Source: Eledone cirrhosa (Eukaryota). Taken from it: a stretch of 64,000 nt of DNA. Made by a program: the position numbers and the translations under genes. A model generated the notes under the pieces. That model was given only the letters and a program-made list of their open reading frames with translations. It ran no database searches and was not told where the DNA came from. Positions 58,201 through 64,000 of the stretch are shown here, piece by piece (position 1 is the first letter of the stretch; every line of letters starts with the position of its first letter). The stretch spans positions 410,874,001 through 410,938,000 of the forward strand of contig OZ024741.1 of NCBI GenBank assembly GCA_964016885.1. The letters run 5' to 3'.

Positions 58201-61200
58201 GTGTTTGTTCCATGGAGGTTTTAAAGGATGCAGTGTCTCGGCAGCTAACAACTGATGCAGGTAGTTTGTTCTATGGAGGTTTTAAAGGATGCAGTGTCTT
58301 GACAGCTAATAACTGATGCAGGTAGTTTGTTCCATGGAGGTTTTAAGGGATGCAGTGTCTTGACAGCTAATAACTGATGCAGGTAGTTTGTTCCATGGAG
58401 GTTTTAAAGGATGCAGTGTCTCGACAGCTAACAACTGGTGCAGGTAGTTTGTTCCATGGAGGTTTTAAAAGATACAGTGTCTCGACAGCTAACAACTGAT
58501 GCAGGTAGTTTGTTCCATGGAGGTTTTAAAGGATGCAGTGTCTCGACAGCTAACAACTGATGCAGGTAGTTTGTTCCATGGAGGTTTTAAAGGATGCAGT
58601 GTCTTGACAGCTAATAACTGATGTAGGTAGTTTGTTCCATGGAGGTTTTAAGGGATGCAGTGTCTTGACAGCTAATAACTGATGCAGGTAGTTTGTTCCA
58701 TGGAGGTTTTAAAGAATGCAGTGTCTCGACAGCTAACAACTGATGCAGGTAGTTTGTTCCATGGAGGTTTTAAAGGATGCAGTGTCTCGACAGCTAATAA
58801 CTGATGCAGGTAGTTTGTTCCATGGAGGTTTTAAGGGATGCAGTGTCTTGACAGCTAATAACTGATGCAGGTAGTTTGTTCCATGAAGGTTTTAAAGGAT
58901 GTAGTGTCTCGACAGCTAACAACTGACGCAGGTAGTTTGTTCCATGGAGGTTTTAAAGGATGCAGTGTCTCGACAGCTAACAACTCATGCAGGTAGTTTG
59001 TTCCATCGAGGTTTTAAAGGATGCAGTGTCTCGACAGCTAACAACTGATGCAGGTAGTTTGTTCCATGGAGGTTTTAAAGGATGCAGTGTCTCGACAGCT
59101 AACAACTGATGCTGGTAGTTTGTTCCATGGAGGTTTTAAAGGATGCAGTGTCTTGACAGCTAGTAACTGATGCAGGTAGTTTGGTCCATGGAGGTTTTAA
59201 AGGATGCAGTGTCTCGACAGCTAACAACTGATGCAGGTAGTTTGTTCCATGGAGGTTTTAAAGGATGCATTGTCTCGACAGCTAACAACTGATGCAGGTA
59301 GTTTGTTCCATTGAGCTTTTAAAGGATGCAGTGTCTTGACAGCAAATAACTGATGCAGGTAGTTTGTTCCATGGAGGTTTTAAAGGATGTAGTGTCTCGA
59401 CAGCTAACAACTGATGCAGGTAGTTTGTTCCATGAAGGTTTTAAAGGATGCAGTGTCTCGGCAGCTAACAACTGATGCAGGTAGTTTGTTCCATGGAGGT
59501 TTTAAAGGAGGCAGTGTCTTGACAGCTAACAACTGATGCAGGTAGTTTGTTCGGTGGAGGTTTTAAAGGAGGCAGTGTCTCGGCAACTAACAACTGATGC
59601 AGGTAGTTTGTTCCATGGAGGTTTTAAAGGATGCAGTGTCTTGACAGCTAATAACTGATGCAGGTAGTTTGTTCCATGGAGGTTTTAAAGGATGCAGTGT
59701 CTCGACAGCTAACAACTGATGCAGGTAGTTTGTTCCATGGAGGTTTTAAAGGAGGCAGTGTCTCGGCAGCTAACAACTGATGCAAGTAGTTTGTTCCATA
59801 GAGGTTTTAAAGGATGCAGTGTCTCGGCAGCTAACAACTGATGCAGGTAGTTTGTTCCATAGAGGTTTTAAAGGATGCAGTGTCTCGACAGCTAACAAGT
59901 GATGCAGCTAGTTTGTTCCATGGAGGTTTTAAAGGAGGCAGTGTCTCGGCAGCTAACAACTGATGCAGGTAGTTTGTTCCATGGAGGTTTTAAAGGATGC
60001 AGTGTCTCGGCAGCTAACAACTGATGCAGGTAGTTTGTTCCATTGAGGTTTTAAAGGATGCAGTGTCTTGACAGCTATCAACTGATGCAGGTAGTTTGTT
60101 CCATGGAGGTTTTAAAGGAGGCAGTGTCTCGGCAGCTAACAACTGATGCATGTAGTTTGTTCCATGGAGGTTTTAAAGGATGCAGTGTCTCGACAGCTAA
60201 CAACTGATGCAGGTAGTTTGTTCCATGGAGGTTTTAAAGGATGCAGTGTCTTGACAGCTAACAACTGATGCAGGTAGTTTGTTCCATGGAGGTTTAAAAA
60301 GATGCAGTGTCTCGACAGCTAACAACTGATGCAGGTAGTTTGTTCGGTGGAGGTTTTAAAGGAGGCAGTGTCTCGGCAACTAACAACTGATGCAGGTAGT
60401 TTGTTCCATGGAGGTTTTAAAGGATGCAGTGTCTCGGCAGCTAACAACTGATGCAGGTAGTTTGTTCCATGGAGGTTTTAAAGGATGCAGTGTCTTGACA
60501 GCTAATAACTGATGCAGGTAGTTTGTTCCATGGAGGTTTTAAAGGATGCAGTGTCTCGACAGCTAACAACTGATGCAGGTAGTTTGTTCCATGGAGGTTT
60601 TAAAGGATGCAGTGTCTTGACAGCTAATAACTGATGCAGGTAGTTTGTTCCATGGAGGTTTTAAAGGATGCAGGGTCTCGACAGCTAACAACTGATGCAG
60701 GTAGTTCGTTCCATGGAGGTTTTAAAGGATGCAGTGTCTCGGCAGCTAACAACTGATGCAGGTAGTTTGTTCCATGGAGGTTTTAAAGGATGCAGTGTCT
60801 TGACAGCTAATAACTGATGCAGGTAGTTTGTTCCATGGAGGTTTTAAAGGATGCAGTGTCTCGACAGCTAACAACTCATGCAGGTAGTTTGTTCCATGGA
60901 GGTTTTAAAGGATGCAGTGTCTTGACAGCTAACTACTGATGCAGGTAGTTTGTTCCATAGAGGTTTTAAAGGATGCAGTGTCTCGGCAGCTAACAACTGA
61001 TGCAGGTAGTTTGTTCCATAGAGGTTTTAAAGGATGCAGTGTCTCGACAGCTAACAACTGATGCAGGTAGTCTGTTCCATGGAGGTTTTAAAGGAGGCAG
61101 TGTCTCGGCAGCTAACAACTGATGCAGGTAGTTTGTTCCATGGAGGTTTTAAAGGATGCAGTGTCTCGGCAGCTAACAACTGATGCAGGTAGTTTGCTCC

Positions 61201-64000
61201 ATAGAGGTTTTAAAGGAGGCAGTGTCTCGGCAGCTAACAACTGATGCAGGTAGTTTGTTCCCTGGAGGTTTTAAAGGATGCAGTGTCTTGACAGCTAACA
61301 ACTGATGCAGGTAGTTTGTTCCATGGAGGTTTTAAAGGATGCAGTGTCTTGACAGCTAATAACTGATGCAGGTAGTTTGTTCCATGGAGGTTTTAAGGGA
61401 TGCAGTGTCTTGACAGCTAATAACTGATGCAGGTAGTTTGTTCCATCGAGGTTTTAAAGGATGCAGTGTCTCGACAGCTAACAACTGATGCAGGTAGTTT
61501 GTTCCATGGAGGTTTAAAAAGATGCAGTGTCTCGACAGCTAACAACTGATGCAGGTAGTTTGTTCCATGGAGGTTTTAAAAGATGTAGTGTCTCGACAGC
61601 TAACAACTGATGCAGGTAGTTTGTTCCATGGAGGTTTTAAAGGATGCAGTGTCTTGACAGCTATCAACTGATGCAGGTAGTTTGTTCCATGGAGGTTTTA
61701 AAGGAGGCAGTGTCTCGGCAGCTAACAACTGATGCATGTAGTTTGTTCCATGGAGGTTTTAAAGGATGCAGTGTCTTGACAGCTATCAACTGATGCAGGT
61801 AGTTTGTTCCATGGAGGTTTTAAAGGATGCAGTGTCTCGACAGCTAACAACTGATGCAGGTAGTTTGTTCCATGGAGGTTTAAAAAGATGCAGTGTCTCG
61901 ACAGCTAACAACTGATGCAGGTAGTTTGTTCGGTGGAGGTTTTAAAGGAGGCAGTGTCTCGGCAACTAACAACTGATGCAGGTAGTTTGTTCCATGGAGG
62001 TTTTAAAGGATGCAGTGTCTCGGCAGCTAACAACTGATGCAGGTAGTTTGTTCCATGGAGGTTTTAAAGGATGCAGTGTCTTGACAGCTAACAACTGATG
62101 CAGGTAGTTTGTTCCATGGAGGTTTTAAAGGATGCAGTGTCTTGACAGCTAATAACTGATGCAGGTAGTTTGTTCCATGGAGGTTTTAAAGGATGCAGTG
62201 TCTCGACAGCTAACAACTCATGCAGGTAGTTTGTTCCATGGAGGTTTTAAAGGATGCAGTGTCTTGACAGCTAACTACTGATGCAGGTAGTTTGTTCCAT
62301 AGAGGTTTTAAAGGATGCAGTGTCTCGGCAGCTAACAACTGATGCAGGTAGTTTGTTCCATAGAGGTTTTAAAGGATGCAGTGTCTCGACAGCTAACAAC
62401 TGATGCAGGTAGTTTGTTCCATGGAGGTTTTAAAGGAGGCAGTGTCTCGGCAGCTAACAACTGATGCAGGTAGTTTGTTCCATGGAGGTTTTAAAGGATG
62501 CAGTGTCTCGGCAGCTAACAACTGATGCAGGTAGTTCGCTCCATAGAGGTTTTAAAGGAGGCAGTGTCTCGGCAGCTAACAACTGATGCAGGTAGTTTGT
62601 TCCCTGGAGGTTTTAAAGGATGCAGTGTCTTGACAGCTAACAACTGATGCAGGTAGTTTGTTCCATGGAGGTTTTAAAGGATGCAGTGTCTTGACAGCTA
62701 ATAACTGATGCAGGTAGTTTGTTCCATGGAGGTTTTAAGGGATGCAGTGTCTTGACAGCTAATAACTGATGCAGGTAGTTTGTTCCATCGAGGTTTTAAA
62801 GGATGCAGTGTCTCGACAGCTAACAACTGATGCAGGTAGTTTGTTCCATGGAGGTTTAAAAAGATGCAGTGTCTCGACAGCTAACAACTGATGCAGGTAG
62901 TTTGTTCCATGGAGGTTTTAAAAGATGTAGTGTCTCGACAGCTAACAACTGACGCAGGTAGTTTGTTCCATGGAGGTTTTAAAGTATGCAGTGTCTCGAC
63001 AGCTAACAACTGATGCAGGTAGTTTGTTCCATGGAGGTTTTAAAGGATGCAGTGTCTCGGCAGCTAACAACTGATGCAGGTAGTTTGCTCCATGGAGGTT
63101 TTAAAGGATGCAGTGTCTCGGCAGCTAACAACTGATGCACGTAGTTTGTTCCATGGAGGTTTTAAAGGATGCAGTGTCTCGACAGCTAACAACTGATACA
63201 GGTAGTTTGTTCCATGGAGGTTTTAAAGGAGGCAGTGTCTCGGCAGTTAACAACTGATGCAGGTAGTTTGTTCCATGGAGGTTTTAAAGGATGCAGTGTC
63301 TCGGCAACTAACAACTGATGCAGGTAGTTTGTTCCATGGAGGTTTTAAAGGATGCAGTGTCTCGGCAGCTAACAACTGATGCAGGTAGTTTGTTCCATGG
63401 AGGTTTTAAAGGATGCAGTGTCTTGACAGCTAACAACTGATGCAGGTAGTTTCTTCCATGGAGGTTTTAAAGGATGCAGTGTCTTGACAGCTAACAACTG
63501 ATGCAGGTAGTTTGTTCCATAGAGGTTTTAAAGGATGCAGTGTCTCGGCAGCTAACAACTGATGCAGGTAGTTTGTTCCATAGAGGATTTAAAGGATGCA
63601 GTGTCTCGACAGCTAACAACTGATGCAGGTAGTTTGTTCCATAGAGGTTTTAAAGGATGCAGTGTCTCGGCAGCTAACAACTGATGCAGGTAGTTTGTTC
63701 CATAGAGGTTTTAAAGGATGCAGTGTCACGACAGCTAACAACTGATGCAGGTAGTTTGTTCCATGGAGGTTTTAAAGGAGGCAGTGTCACAGCAGCTAAC
63801 AACTGATGCAGGTAGTTTGTTCCATGGAGGTTTTAAAGGATGCAGTGTCTCGGCAGCTAACAACTGATGCAGGTAGTTTGCTCCATGGAGGTTTTAAAGG
63901 AGGCAGTGTCTCGACAGCTAACAACTGATGCAGGTAGTTTGTTCCATGGAGGTTTTAAAGGATGCAGTGTCTCGGCAGCTAACAACTGATGCAGGTAGTT
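40216..64000. repeat. Satellite array B, 61-bp LINE-derived monomer, ~390 copies, truncated by the window end
   Basis: Tandem CATGGAGGTTTTAAAGGATGCAGTGTCTCGACAGCTAACAACTGATGCAGGTAGTTTGTTC (27/61 GC). First copies start at 40216 and 40277. The span of 23785 bp equals 389 x 61 + 56, and the window ends at monomer position 56. Confidence 0.99.
40770..49600. repeat. Higher-order tandem duplication in array B with a 4392-bp (72-monomer) period
   Basis: Rare variants recur at exactly +4392: GTAAG 40963/45355 and 41817/46209, TCTCGGCCGC 43291/47683, TCCATTGAGC 44911/49303. Confidence 0.92.

Noticed and set aside
40216-64000. CRISPR array or other repeat-spacer system
   Set aside because: Monomers are contiguous with no unique spacers and there are no cas genes; the context is eukaryotic (LINEs, SINE). 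The same applies to array A.
40216-64000. Array B as a coding tandem repeat
   Set aside because: 61 is not a multiple of 3. After TSM the - strand frame continues EQTTCISC and stops at TAG in the next monomer.
1-64000. Telomeric repeat or definite centromere call
   Set aside because: No TTAGGG-type tracts are present, and centromere function cannot be established from sequence alone.

Overview
Eukaryotic repetitive DNA with no intact genes: two unrelated tandem satellite arrays separated by a ~970-bp island of decayed transposon fragments. Array A (1-~39245, runs off the left edge) has a 48-bp T-rich monomer TCTATATCCTCTGTGTTATACGTATGTCCTACTGTTATATTATATTGT with 44-47-bp length variants and kb-scale higher-order repeats. 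Nearly all ORFs in the supplied track are artefacts of this monomer, which has no purine-purine dinucleotide and so no stop codon on the + strand. The island (39246-40215) holds a frameshifted RTE-like LINE reverse-transcriptase fragment with a decayed Cys/His finger, possible DNA-transposon termini, a tRNA-derived SINE on the - strand resembling cephalopod (octopus-type) SINEs, and the 3' end of a CR1/L2-like LINE on the - strand. Array B (40216-64000, runs off the right edge) is ~390 copies of a 61-bp unit with no net indel. On the - strand that unit encodes WNKLPASVVSCRDTASFKTSM, the C-terminal motif of a CR1/L2-type ORF2, and continues directly into the single-copy LINE 3' end. The main finding is therefore a LINE-derived satellite still attached to its parent element. 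Family and host assignments come from recalled motifs, not database searches.
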